A stretch of DNA of 64,000 nucleotides from Lytechinus pictus (GCF_037042905.1 NC_087251.1:48176001-48240000), one strand, 5' to 3'. Shown: positions 49,353 through 62,150, counted from the stretch's first letter. Made by a program: numbers and translations. The notes: generated by a model not told the origin, from the letters alone.

Positions 49353-51043
49353 GAAGCCTGGGACGGGATGCCATAGGCCCACACATACCGAGTATTTTGG
49401 AGACAACAATGTTGCTCAAAAATACTCGTTCTCTTTTATAACTCACAGTAATTCTATCATGACTATACTTCTGTACATGGGCTAAAACTAGCCTAGCCCT
49501 AACTGTTAGTGTTAGAGGACTTCGTGATCATATTTTTAAATTATTTTGATATTGTCATTTGCTCACGGAGCCTAGACAAGGCAGCCTACATTTATGCCAC
49601 TGTGGAGAAGATAATAGTCCAGAAGGGAATTCCTTTCAACTAGTGGTCAATATATAGACCAAAATTTTATTAAATTGCACACCTTTATACACTTAATGCG
49701 TATAAAGGTGGTACATGCATGCAAGAACTCATCATTCATTGGACTCTTTAAATGTGATATCATTAAAAGATTGTTGTTTTTAAAATGCAGATTACATAAT
49801 ACTTCTAATGTTGAGTTCTCTTTATGTTGGCAAACTCAAGTTTCATTTCATTTCATTTTACTTTGTTAATCAAAATATTTTTCTTTCATATAAGCAATTA
49901 TTCACTGGTATCTAGTCGTAAACTTAATATTTTAATTGAAATCACAAAAATTGCCAAAATATGTATTATTGCAGTATGTATGAAAAAATGTGACCTAATT
50001 GCTTCTTCGCCCTTTTCTCTCTGTTTCCCTTCCACCATCAATGACTTCTCTTCTCTCTCCCTCTCTGCCTCTCTTCTCTCCCACTATTTTTATTCCTTTC
50101 TGCTTTCCAATTCATTTCCTGTATCCACTCATATTTACATGTATTTTGAATATTTTTCTTCTTTTTTTATTGATCAGTGAGTATCGATTTAAATTTATTT
50201 ATGATATACTTTGTTACATATATGTCTATATTGAAATTTGTTTGTAGTACTATAAGTTATTTTTACCTTGTTATTAATGATTTTGTTTGAAATGTAAACT
50301 TTCGCAATTCGGCTTTTGCCGCAAAGAAAGTATTTTTAATAAACCATTTTTGAATTGAATTGAATGCATGATAGTTTCCTCCCCAAAAAATAAGAAAAAT
50401 AAGAGTTTTCTTACCAGAACGATGTCATGTATCCATATTGTTAACACTGCAATACAATAGGTTTGACCCTTGAACCCGCTCTGATATGACGTACACGTAC
50501 GTAGCGGCATTACGAAGTGCCGTTTTGAAGAAAAATTCATAGATTGAAAATGTTTTATTAATGGCAATAAATTGAGGGCAGTATTGCATAAATTTATTTT
50601 ACAGGCGTTAAAGAAAATTACAATGTTTCAACTTACCCCGCGTTCCAACTAACCCTGATCTCCCCTACTCAAGACTCCAATTCTATTGGTGCAACAATGT
50701 TTAATTTGTCTTGAGAATAAAGTGGTTAAATTCTTAAAGAAAGTCTTGCAATTTACAAGATTTTGTACGTTGTAGGAAGGATGATTCAGTCTTGAGAGGG
50801 TTCTTTCCAATAGTATTTGCTTATTAGTATAGCCCATAGGGACCTGTGGGCTCTGACTGATGTTGCAATTGTTCTGCATCACTTGCCAAAATAAATAAAT
50901 TTTCTAATAAGTTTGACAGTCGACAACTAACTTGAAGTCTTTGCGACTTTCATTTCCTTTTCCTTTTTCCAACAACAGATTTTTCTCTGAAATGAATAAG
51001 TTCGTGGATTTCATGGTGAGGTCGTCTAAAACCACATAGCAGC

Positions 51044-51119
51044 ATGGATGCTACATCAGATGCCGAGTTGGCTCGTCTGCTGCAGTTCCAATTTGATAGT
51101 GAAACTGCTACAGAGATAG
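51044..51119 (+). CDS. SPRTN: SPRTN first coding exon (MDATSDAELARLLQFQFDSETATEI; MIU-like)
   Basis: agcATGG start, D.ELAR.LQ motif resembling the SPRTN N-terminus, donor G|gtgaga in phase 1. An upstream acceptor ending at 50978 implies an untranslated upstream exon. Confidence 0.8.
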
Positions 51120-54100
51120 GTGAGAATCTGCAGTGCTAAGTCTTGGTTTTTTTTTAAAGCATTCCCCCCCCCCCAAAATATGAGTGTGTGTGTTTAAATA
51201 AAATTTGGAAATTAGAGAGTGAGAGTGTAATGGGAATTAGAGAGAGAGACAGAGGAAAGAGGAGGAGAGAAAATGAGGGGTCGAGAGAGAGAAAGAGATA
51301 CTTGAAAGGGGGGGGGGGGATAAAAAGAAGGGCTATAAAAAATGAAATTGTCTTAAATATTCACATGTTTTATTATCAATTCTTACATCACATCCAATCT
51401 AAGTGATAGGCTATGCCTATGGTGAATTTGGAAAATGATCTTGCTTTCAACATTTTGATAACATTACCATCAGACCATAACAAATCATTAAAACATGATC
51501 GCATAAACATTTCTTCTCATTGGCCCTTATTCTGAACCCGGGTTTATCAACTCATATGACACCATGACCAAATTGTTTGTAATTGTCTGGGAATGATAAC
51601 AACTGTTTTTCTTCATTATGTCAGCAAAAAGGAAACAAAATAGTAAACATAAGAGATATGCAATATTTGGCTCCCCATAATTTTAGCACCGTTAGACCGT
51701 AGTCTAACTCTGAGTTAAACCTGACCTCAGAATACCGGCCAATGGCTCTTCAATTGAAAGAGCAAAACTTAGGATGTGAGGATTTTATCATGATAGATAT
51801 GTTACCCTTTACAGCTGTTATTGAGCCAGCATCAACAAACGATAGACGCTCCTCGGGAACCAAACCCATTGGCATTGTAGACGAGAGATGGGAGCTTATT
51901 GACCCGAACCCAGATGTGAGAGCCCTCTTCCTTCAGTTCAATGATCAGTTTTTCTGGGGTCGGCTGGCTGGTGTAGAGGTCAGATGGAGTCCTAGGATGA
52001 CATTGTGAGTTACTCTTCCAGCGCCCGAATGACTGTGAGGTTCACCCTGAAGAAAACTTTGTCGTAAAAAATACCAGAAATAATAATGACAGATATTGGT
52101 GAAGGTTTGAAGAAAATAAATGAGATATTAAAAAAATTATTAGAATTTTTGATTTGTAATGTCATATACAAGCAGCTGCCCCATATATTATGTAATATAT
52201 AATGCATAAATTCAACCTTTTGATGGTTCATGATGAGTAAAAGGGTCTTTCTCTCAGCTATGGGTGTGAAATATTTTTTCTGTTGATATACTGAAGGTAC
52301 AATAAACCCATTTTCAATTTTTTGAGAAAATTACATTTTATCGATTGTAGTACTACTTCACAATATATGGTGAAGCTGCTTGCATATGACGTCAAAAATA
52401 AATAATTTAAAATTCAAATAATTTTTTTAAACCAACTGATTTTCCCCAAACATTCAAAAATATTTTTAATTGTTTTTTCTGCTATTATGCAATAAACTTT
52501 TTTCTTGGTGAACTTCCCCTTTTAATTAATCCAATGCAATCAAAGGCCATGGCTGTGTATGCTCTGTTGACTGTTCTTGGTGCCCCTGTAATTGGCCTTC
52601 AATACTTTTATGCCTTTTTTTTCTCCAATTTGTGCTGTAGTGTAAAAATTTCCCCTCTGGAAAAGAGGCGTTGCACCATTGTATTAAAAATTAAGGCCTG
52701 CTCTTCCAATAACGCTTAAAACCAGCCTTTCTCAGCTGGATATATTTCACCAAAAGTTGTGAAATGGCCCATGGGGGCGTTTTAATAGATCTTAGAGTCA
52801 AGTGCATTTTCTTTTTCTTTAATATTAATGATAATAATAATCCACTTTTATATAGCGCTTGATACATCAGAACAACGTGTCTAAGCACTTTAGAGATATA
52901 ATATTACCCCAGTCATCGGATTCAACCAGTCATTAGTCTTTAAATAACTCTTACTTGATTGAATGCACTTCTTCGATTATGTACCTGAATTACAAAACAT
53001 TGGCTGTTGCCATATAAATAAGTTACAAGGCAGTAGCCAACAAATCAAAATACTGTTTTAAAGAATATAGATTGTTCAAGATTATGTTTCTCTATCGTTT
53101 ACCACAGATGTGCTGGAGTTTGCTGTTATGAAGGATATGGTGGTCTGTGTTCTGTTCGTCTCAGCCTGCCTTTGCTGAAACTCAGACCAAGAAAAGATCT
53201 TGTTGAAACTCTGCTGGTAAGATGATGTTAAAAAAAAAAAATTGCTATTTAGTATACAGTACCATTAAAACAAATAATACTTCTTGATGAACAATTGCCA
53301 AATAATCTTTCACAGTAGACTAGACATTCCACTTTAAAAATATTGTGTACATAAATGCAATCTTTCTTAAAAAAATATGAGGGTATTCTGCAGTGAAGCC
53401 TACATGAATTTGGTACAGATCATCAGCATTAAAAAAATACAGTGAAACTGCTTCTTATCTCTTACAATCTTACATATTTTACTGAGTTACCCCAATGTAT
53501 TTTCAACCATATTGTTTACAAGGCTTTAGTTCCAATGAACCCATCTTATGGTTTTTAGCAGACCAAATATCAAATATATAGATTATTTTATGATATTAGT
53601 TACATTTATATAACGCTTCATACTTTGGTTTCTAAGTGCTTTACATTGTAATGATTATTACCCCGGTCATAGGATCCATCACTGTGCCACACATAAAGAG
53701 CACCATCTCCACTCCCTGGGGAGTATCCTGGCCAGGCAACTGTTTATGGGTGCACACATGCCAATCTAATTACATTGACTCTCACATCCTACTGGGTACC
53801 CATTTAACACCCGGGTGGAGAGTGACAAATTTGTGGTTTATTAGAGATCCTCATCATGTGTTATTCTTCTAGATATTTCAGATGTGTTTGCATTTTCCTT
53901 ATGCTATTAAAGGGGAATCCAACCCAAATAAAAACTTGTTTTTATAAGGAAAAGAAAAATCAGACAAGTTGATAGGTGAAAGTTTGAACAATATTGGACA
54001 AAGAACAAGAAAGTTATGAATTTTTAAAAGTTGTAAATATTGGTAATCACTATACCCATGGAGACTTCAAATTGGCCGCATATGGGATGTCATAGTGATG

Positions 54101-57100
54101 TAAGGCAAGGACTACTCTTCCATGTACTCCAATACATATTATGGCTAAAATATCATTTTTCCCAAAAGTTTTATTTCAAATTATATTTTTCTTTTATGAG
54201 GACATAAAACGATATACTACCTGGGTTATAATTTAGATTACTGCCCCAGGGGAATTGGTACTTAGGAGAAAACCACAAATCCCTGATAATAAAGTACATG
54301 GCCTATGGGAAAGTTGTCCTTGCCCTTTGTCATAATTTACTTACCCAGTTGCCAATTTGAAATCTACATAGTATTAGTGATCTCAATTTTAAAGCAGCTA
54401 TAACTTTTATATTGCTTGTTCGATTTCTTTCAAACTTTCGCCATTCTGTTTAATTTATTTTTCTCCTTCCCAACTCAACATTTCATGGGCAAGGCTGGAT
54501 TCCCCTTTAAGGTTTAATTGTTTGTTTAATGTTATAAGATATAAAGAAAATCACTGCATAAGATTTAATTAACATATTTTGAGCCTTTATAGTAAACCCA
54601 ATGAACATCAATTTCAATTTCTTTCCCTAGCATGAAATGATCCATGCCTATCTGTTTGTTACACAGAACAACAAGGTGAGTGAAAAAAAAAATTACGTAC
54701 TAAGACCCAGTACTTTCTTAAACTAGTTTAGTAGAAACCAGTATAACTTGTAATGGGAACGCTCGAAGCCATCTTAAGTAGTCTTCCAAATCAGTTTGGA
54801 ATACCACCTAAAGATGTGGTTTTCAAGACAGCTTTGACTCTTTAAACTTCGCACTGAATTAAGAGAGTGTGTGCATGTATGGCCCGCTACTCAGTACACA
54901 CTGTATGTAGAATGCATACGCTGCGGTTTCAAATTTCATGTGTAACATGTGACCCTGCTGAGAGCATTCCCAAGACCACTTTATGTGAAGTGGTTTTCAA
55001 ACCTGGGGGTGTTTCACAAAGATTTAAGTATGACTTAAAGTCTGAAGTGTATCTGAAGTGCAACGCACAGTCTAATTGATCAATACGCAGTAGTGCGTGT
55101 CCTCTTTGCCTGATCTGACGAATGCGGTTATGCCTTTTATACAGCACGCAATTAGACACTTAAGTCATACTTTAATAAATCTTTGTGAAACAACCCCCAG
55201 TTCAGGAGATTGAGATGAGAATGCTAGCAAAGTGATCCTCTAAACTGTTTTTGAAAACTAGTTCAAGGGAAACCAGTTCAAGAAATTAGACGAGAATGGG
55301 TCTACGACTCTAAGCTATGTTGACCATAAATGAATTCATGTTTTTGGAATGAATAAAGGACAGATAATTTTGACCATAATTGTGTTTGTAATGATGATGG
55401 AAAATCTAATGAAAATGTTGGTAGTTTGGCGTGATGATTATGATGAATGTGATGAAACAGTAGTGGTGTCAATGTTGGTGATGAAGATGGAGTAAGTTTA
55501 TATGGTGATGATGTTGATGGCAGTGATGATACAGGTAATAATTTTGGTGATGAGAATGCTCAAAGAGAGATGACGATAATGTTGATGGAGCAATCAATAT
55601 CAAGGACAACTTCGTGTTGGGTGAATTTTTTTTCGTTTGTTTACAGTATATTACTATAACAACACAAATCCATTGGAAATTAACAATGAATTTGTGTCTC
55701 CTTTCCTCCTTAGGACCATGATGGTCACGGGCCTGAATTCTGCAAGCACATGAATAGAATCAATGCAGCTACTGGTACCCATATAAGTGTGAGTAGACCT
55801 CTTTTATAACAGATCACAAATTGTATCTGATTTTAAGTTTGAGAGGTAATTTATGGGGAAAAAAGAATGTTCCAAGATGATATCCAGCTAGGAAAATACA
55901 TGAGAATGACAGGCGATTTTGCCCTCATCACTCCTAGAATTCCCTAAATGGAGTGCTTGGGGTGATGACCTTTTCCAGAGTCGACTTATGATCTGCCACA
56001 AAAAAAAAATAGACAATCAATTTTCTTCATATGGCAGAATGATGATATTTGCATTAACCATATATTTACTTCTTATGCAAACAAACTAGCCATTCAAATG
56101 AATGAAGTAGCGCTCAAATTCAGCAATAGCTCCTATATGGAAATGATAGCCCCTTAAAAACTAAAGATTATTTCATATGTTTATAATATCCAAAATAATT
56201 TTTAAGAAACAGAGACGATGCTTATCATTACGAAAATGGATGTACATGTTTGCAAAATCATGTCGGAGAACTGCGGTTTAAAATTAGATAGTTGTTTGAA
56301 CTTTGGTGACACCTTCCTACAGATCTACCACACTTTCCACGATGAGGTGGATTCCTATCGCCAACACTGGTGGCGCTGCGACGGTCCTTGCCGGCAACGG
56401 AAACCTTACTTTGGCTATGTTAAGCGATCGATGAACAGGGCGCCCTCTCCGAGGGACACTTGGTGGGGTGAACACCAGCGCTCCTGTGGGGGAACTTTCA
56501 CCAAGGTCAAGGAACCTGAGGGGTATGGGCAGAAGAAAGGGGGAAAGAAGGATCACGGAGAGAGCAGTGAGGTGACCACTAATAAAGGTATGATGATCAA
56601 AGGAAAGTTCGGTTTCAGGGAAAGTTCCGATTCATGTATGTCATAGGATCCTTGCATTTTTGTCTCACTTACATATATTCGCAGAAGCAAGAAATATGTG
56701 CTGCTTTTACAGGTATTTTTTTTTTCAATTCTTATTTTCTCCATAATCACGAAACATATAAAGAACAAATACAAGTGTTAGGATGAGGAAAGTCACGTTG
56801 ATGCTGGGAAAAGAAAGAAAGTAACTATAACCCAAAGTTCTTCTGTTCAATTCAGTGTGACTTCACGTTATGGTAAAACACAATTGCAATATTTAACAAT
56901 CGTAGAAGAATTTAAATTAACATAGTTGTACAATTATGTACAATTCCTTACATGGAGTTACTTTTTAGATGTTGCATTCCAATGTGTAGTATGAAAAATG
57001 AAATGAAAAACCCTAATACTACTTGTACTTTAATAACAGCATATGGAAACATTTACGCAAGATTACAGCACTAGCTTCTTTGAAGTTGCACTAGTAATAC

Positions 57101-58643
57101 CTTTTCTGTAAAATATTGTCTTGAATGCACAGACATAAATATTTATCATAATGGTATAACCATACAAAATATAGAGATATAAAATAAGATATGTCCAAGG
57201 CCTATTTCAGACGTCTTTTTTTTGTTTTTGTGTGACGTAGATCAGCAAGGGATCAAAACGAAAGACATCAGGAATTTCATCCCTTTCTCTGGAAAAGGGC
57301 ATTCCCTGGGAAATCCTACAACTTCATCTTCAAACAACTCATCATCCAGCTCTACATCCGGTTCTTCTGTGAGTGATAAACGTGTAGAACAGCCTAAAGA
57401 GCGAAAGAAATCATCAGAGAGTAAAGATATATCATCATTCTTCACCAAGAAGTGGTCAGATGATCCTGCCAACACAACCAAGTCTTCATCCAGCAGCTCT
57501 GGTCCTCCATCACATCCAAACAATTCTTCAGCTGTCGTTGGTTTTCAAAAGAAGCCTAGATTCACACCTGTTGTTGCAACGGCCAGTGGTCGTGTCGTGA
57601 GTGATTCTGATGATGCTGGCACAGCCGAAGGGAAAACATGCAATTCTGGTCAAACTATGAAGGGCAAAGGATCCATTCCAAATAGAACTGGAAAGTTTAT
57701 ACCAGTCGTATCTGCAGTGGGGAGGAAAGAAGGCGTTCATTCTTCAAAGAATTTGGGGGATTCTTTGTCTTCCAGCAAAAGTCTAGTTGGGTCAGATATC
57801 AGACGACATGGTGGGGAACAGAACAATACTTCTGAATTCTTGGGCAAAGAAGCAATATCATCAGCCAAGAAAGGTGATAGAGGAAGGACTCCCATCAACA
57901 GTGTTCAGGTAGTAAGGACACGGGATAGGATAGGTGGAGGATCAAGTGAGGGAAAGAGGAAGAAAAGGGCAAGACTTGCGGATTTGCAAGCCATGTTTGA
58001 TAGTGATTCTGATGATGACGAAGCAATGAATAGGTCTTCCAAATGTCCCAGAGTTTCTCATGGAAATAGTTATGATGACGACAGTGATGCAATTCTTGTT
58101 GAGGATGGGGTGTCTTTAAGAACAAATAGTGGTTCCAACAAAGAAAACAGTCCTTCACTCCACAATGACAGAGGGGGTATCTATATCCAAGGAGACAGTG
58201 ATGATGATGATGATGTTATTGCTCAGCCAATAGGTTCAGGAATCACAAATGGGATATGGAAAGACCTTAGCCATCTATCCTCCGGAAGTTCTGGCTACCA
58301 AGTAACTGGGAACAGGCGATTTGGACGAGTAACGCCACCTCTGTATGGAAAATCAAAAGGAAAATCACTTCGCGGAAGCAATATTGGCCAAACCCCTCCA
58401 CAGTCATCATTTTGTGAGCATCCCTGGCAGACAGCTGCCCGAGAGAGCGACAGGAAGGCATCGACGGTAACTGTGGAAGGGGCGGTCATCAACCTGACTG
58501 CAGAGGATGATGTGGGATTAGTTGAGGAGGTGGGACCAAAGAAAGTGCCTTGTCCTGTGTGTAACCTCCAGATAGAGGAGAGAAAGATCAACTCTCATCT
58601 GGATACGTGTCTCACGTTCAACTGTGATGCATTATTTTCTTGA
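51044..58643 (+). CDS. SPRTN: DNA-dependent metalloprotease SPRTN (Spartan/DVC1), whole gene: join(51044-51119,51815-52004,53108-53216,54631-54675,55714-55788,56323-56587,57241-58643), 720 aa
   Basis: Hallmark segments WELIDPNPDVRALFLQFNDQFFWG..VEVRWSPRMTLCAG..LSLPLLKLRPRKDLVETLLHEMIHAYLFVT..HGPEFCKHMNRIN..IYHTFHDEV..HWWRCDGPC..HQRSCGGTFTKVKEP, SHP box FSGKGHSLG, and C-terminal UBZ4 CPVC..INSHLDTC. Introns are GT-AG; 2163 nt in frame. Confidence 0.97.
51815..52004 (+). CDS. SPRTN: SPRTN coding exon 2 (..WELIDPNPDVRALF..WSPRMTL)
   Basis: Acceptor ccctttacag, donor TT|gtgagt; within ORF 51742..52008. Confidence 0.95.
52037..52521. mobile_element. Kolobok-like MITE in the intron after SPRTN coding exon 2
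   Basis: gaggttcaccctgaag..ggtgaacttcccct|TTAA; similar to 14328-14609; left end degenerate. Confidence 0.6.
53108..53216 (+). CDS. SPRTN: SPRTN coding exon 3 (CAGVCCYEG..LRPRKDLVETLL)
   Basis: Acceptor tttaccacag, donor gtaaga, 109 nt. Confidence 0.95.
53600..53830 (-). mobile_element. Partial SINE copy (3' half)
   Basis: gggtacccatttaacacccgggtggagag is the reverse complement of the SINE body; tail catttatataacgctt..aagtgctttaca. Confidence 0.6.
53911..54506. mobile_element. TTAA-flanked Kolobok-like MITE
   Basis: TTAA|AGGGGAATCCAACC..GGCTGGATTCCCCT|TTAA. Confidence 0.85.
54631..54675 (+). CDS. SPRTN: SPRTN coding exon 4 (HEMIHAYLFVTQNNK; catalytic HExxH)
   Basis: Acceptor ttctttccctag, donor gtgagt, 45 nt. 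Confidence 0.95.
55006..55197. mobile_element. PIF/Harbinger-like palindromic MITE
   Basis: GGGGTGTTTCACAAAGATTTA..TAAATCTTTGTGAAACAACCCC with CWG flanks; relatives at ~11780-11916 and ~18645-18711. Confidence 0.7.
55714..55788 (+). CDS. SPRTN: SPRTN coding exon 5 (DHDGHGPEFCKHMNRINAATGTHIS)
   Basis: Acceptor ctttcctccttag, donor gtgagt, 75 nt. Confidence 0.95.
56323..56587 (+). CDS. SPRTN: SPRTN coding exon 6 (zinc-binding subdomain IYHTFHDEV..HWWRC..CGG..)
   Basis: Acceptor ccttcctacag, donor G|gtatga; within ORF 56218..56646. Confidence 0.95.
57241..58643 (+). CDS. SPRTN: SPRTN last coding exon (SHP box, PIP-like motif, long disordered linker, UBZ4)
   Basis: T-rich acceptor ending acgtag at 57240; ORF 57222..58643 contains IPFSGKGHSLG and CPVCNLQIEERKINSHLDTCL. 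Confidence 0.95.
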
Positions 58644-60299
58644 AATCATTCAACCATCAAAGTGTATTCTGATTGTACCTTGATAGATGTACCTTAGATT
58701 ATGACCTTTTACCCTCACTCGTTCCCTTTTCTACCCATCATCATTATGAAATATCAGACTAAATGTTTTTGAATCAGGTTTTCATATCCCAATCCTAAAT
58801 GCATAAACACTGTATGAGCATATGCAAATGCAATGGACTGATAACTGTACAACAATTTTTCTGGTTAAAGATTTAGTGCTACCTGTGAGCTGTCGTTTCA
58901 AATCTTCACTAAAGTTTTACAGAATCAGAAAAATATATAGATATAGATATTCAAAGAATTGATTGTATCTGAATACTCTTCCCTTGAGTAGATTATTCTT
59001 CACACTAAAAAGAATTAATAATATGATACTACATGTACATGTATACTCGGCAATTCTAATCTTAAAATTAATTATTATTAATTGTATAGCAAAATTTTAC
59101 ACAACCATTGTACAATGATATATATTTCATGTGTTACAAGCAAATATGATATTGCAAATCACCTGTTTTGAGTCTGTAGATATGGGTGTGGATCATCTGA
59201 CATAGTTAACTCATGGTTTCTGGTGAATTTTTATCTTTAATTGAATGGAAACAATTTTTACTGGTTGCTGTGACATTAGATAGGGAAACTGATGCCTGGC
59301 TTACTTACATTTTCACTTATTCAGTACATGTATATCTTGTTGGAGGAGAGAGTTCATATGTGAATTTATTACTAGGATTTTCTTTATCTTTCCATACCAT
59401 GCCCATGTATAGTATAGTCAGTTATTAGGCTCTTCATATTTTTGCCTCTTTGGAGGATATTTTTATCTTGAGGAGGAAAAACTGTCCAACTTTATTTCCT
59501 TCTATCTAACTTTCTGGCTACTCATTTGCTAAAAAGGAAAACTAATTTTTTATATCTTACCAAAGTAACCAAAGCGATAATATTGGCATTTGCCTCAAGT
59601 GGCTGTATTAGTGAGCCAACTCATCATGTTTACATTCTTCCCATGTACCTAATCAGTTTTGAAATACAAGTACTCATAACTTTCTTCTTATTTAATCATT
59701 TTTGCAAGCTTTCGATTGTTTCTCTTTTCTTTTGTTGAATTATTCGATTTACATAGAAAACTTTATCATAGCAAACATGTAGCAGAAATGAATATAACGT
59801 CAGATTATGCTAAAATAGAACATAATATATCTACATTGAATACAGGTAAGTTTTTGAATGTTTCTTTAAATACATCTAAAGAGGTTTGAAATTTGGGAAA
59901 AATGGGCTTCATTTCATCCACGAAGTCGATTGTTTTTACTTTTATCAAATATGAAGTTAGGTAATTATTTTTTTTTTTATGTGGGATTGGCCAGATGCAA
60001 AATTAATGCGTTGGTTGATTTTTGTAGATGTTAACAGAACCTTATTAGCATATTACAATTCATTAAGTTAGTACTGTAATCCCTTATGTTATGAGACATA
60101 ATATGATCAGTATTAATCTAGCAATGACCTTGCCATATTTGGATGTAACATTTCTTGTACCAGGTTATTGAGCACCTTACAAAAAAGAAGCTGCATCTTT
60201 CCTGCAGAAATCGTGTATTCATCTTTTTATTGCTAATTCTCGTGTTTTATTATATATCAACTAAATGGGCCGCAGAGATATATGTGGTGAAGACTGTCA

Positions 60300-60580
60300 G
60301 AAATCATGCTTTAATAGATTTGTCTCTAGACTTTGAAACAGAGGCTCATGGGTTCAAATCCCAGCCATGGCCTAAAATAATAACCCTCAGCAAGAAACCG
60401 ATCCACAGTGTGCTGCAATTGATCCAAGTGTGGTATATGGATACCTGGTAGGATTGATTGCTTGAATGCGTTCAGCACTGATAAGAAAGTGGTAGCTCGA
60501 GCCAAAGCCGAGGTTAACTTAACTGTGAATTCTGAGGCAAAAAGTGCTATAGAAATCGTGCTATTCTTATTATTATAATA
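60300..60580 (+). mobile_element. Diverged tRNA-SINE copy downstream of the SPRTN stop
   Basis: B box GGTTCAAATCC followed by cagccatgg..cagcaagaaa..gtgctgca, matching the 21033 copy; tail aagtgctatagaaat..tattattat. Confidence 0.7.
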
Positions 60581-61052
60581 AAGGCATTATGCGGCTATCT
60601 TGTTTATGAAGAAACATTGAGATTAGCAATGAAATGTGCTTTGCAGGCTGTAGGAAAGACCCGGCTCTAAATTTTACTGTGCCATACAAATCAAATAAAT
60701 TACATGTATGTGGTTGATGCATATTATGACTTATGTTCGACATGAGAAATAATTATGCTTTTGTAAGATTACACGTTGAACTTTTAATCTTTATATATCG
60801 TAATTGATTACAATGCTTATGATATCATGTCACAGATGAATATATTTTATATAGAAGAATAAATCAGTCATTTGTTTACTGTCTCAACACTGAGTTTTAG
60901 ATTTAGATTTTTTCACCTGCAAACTTCTCTGCAAAGAATGCAATGTCTTGAAATATAGATTTGAGGTAGAATGTCCAAATTGATAAGGTAGAGACAAGTG
61001 ACAGGTCCGGGAGTCATTTATAAAGCCGTTTGTAAAGTTACACACAACCTTA

Positions 61053-61403
61053 TAGAGTACCAAAGTGTGATGTCATCAATTTTCACTTTTGCATTTCAGC
61101 CCTTTATATATCATACTTTGGTAGAGCATGATGAAAAAACCCCACTACCAAAATTTGGTGAGAATTGGTCCATGGGGCCCCAAGATATGACATCATGAAT
61201 ACATAATTAGCCCCATTGAAGTCATATTGGTTCTAAAAGTTAGTAGGCCAATAATACATTGACATCAATTGGGCTAATTATGTATTCGTGATGTCATATC
61301 TTGGTAGTGGGGATTTTTTCATAATGCACTACCAAAATATGGTATAAAAAATGCTGAAATGCAAACAAAAAGTTTTTTGTGACGTCATAACCTCGGTACT
61401 CTA
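61053..61403. mobile_element. TA-flanked palindromic MITE
   Basis: TA|TAGAGTACCAAAGT..CTCGGTACTCTA|TA; internal mirror gaatacataattagccc/gggctaattatgtattc. Confidence 0.7.
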
Positions 61404-61664
61404 TACTACATTCGAAACCATCTCCAAACCGATCAGGGTTTCATTCTTTACTAGCATATAAATGACAAAAGCATGGCAAAGTAGATGTGTGTATCAAGAT
61501 ATTTGATACATCCGCTAACATTCAAATCTTACAAAAGTACTGTATATTTACCAATGAATTTGACAATTTGACTATTGTATTTTTCATCGAGGATTTCTAG
61601 AGCCTTTATCAGTAATGTTTGATTTTTCTGTTTCAAAGAGAGATTGAACAGCACCATCATATGC

Positions 61665-62099
61665 AACTACTACTACTACTACTACTACTTCTACTACTAC
61701 TACTACTTCTACTTCTACTACTACTACTGCTGTTACTACTACTGCTGCTACTACTACTACAACTTTGCACGTTGAGAACCCACTGCACTATTCGTATAAG
61801 AGTAGGGGGAAACCCCGGTGTAGTGGTCCACCTGCATTCCCCCCAATCAGTTATATCGGGAGGAGAGACCTGCGGGTCATAGTGATCAGTTCGCTTTTCG
61901 CCTCCCAGGCACAGGTGACGCCAAAACAAATACTACTACTACTACTACTCAGTAGCGTACCGTGAACCGCAGGAGACAAAGCATTGGGGGGGGGGCAGTG
62001 CATTGTCTGTGAACAATGCTTTGCCCCCCCAATGCTTTGTCTCCTCCGAGTCACGGTACGCTACTGCTACTACTACTACTACTACTACTACTGCTGCTG

Positions 62100-62150
<51 letters not shown>

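Noticed and set aside
50628..50668. Apparent minus-strand splice donor (ggg|gtaagt) and ORF 50649..50882
   Set aside because: The minus strand reads GTAGGGGAGATCAGGGTTAGTTGGAACGCGGGGTAAGTTG, which looks more like a pogo-type transposon terminus than an exon end; the ORF has no recognisable features.
33084..51043. Single compact bidirectional promoter shared by SRP14 and SPRTN
   Set aside because: The start codons are about 18 kb apart with TE-filled DNA between them, and the SPRTN TSS cannot be located from sequence alone.
57242..58591. Minus-strand ORFs overlapping the last SPRTN exon (and 56317..56556)
   Set aside because: Antisense shadows of the real coding exons.
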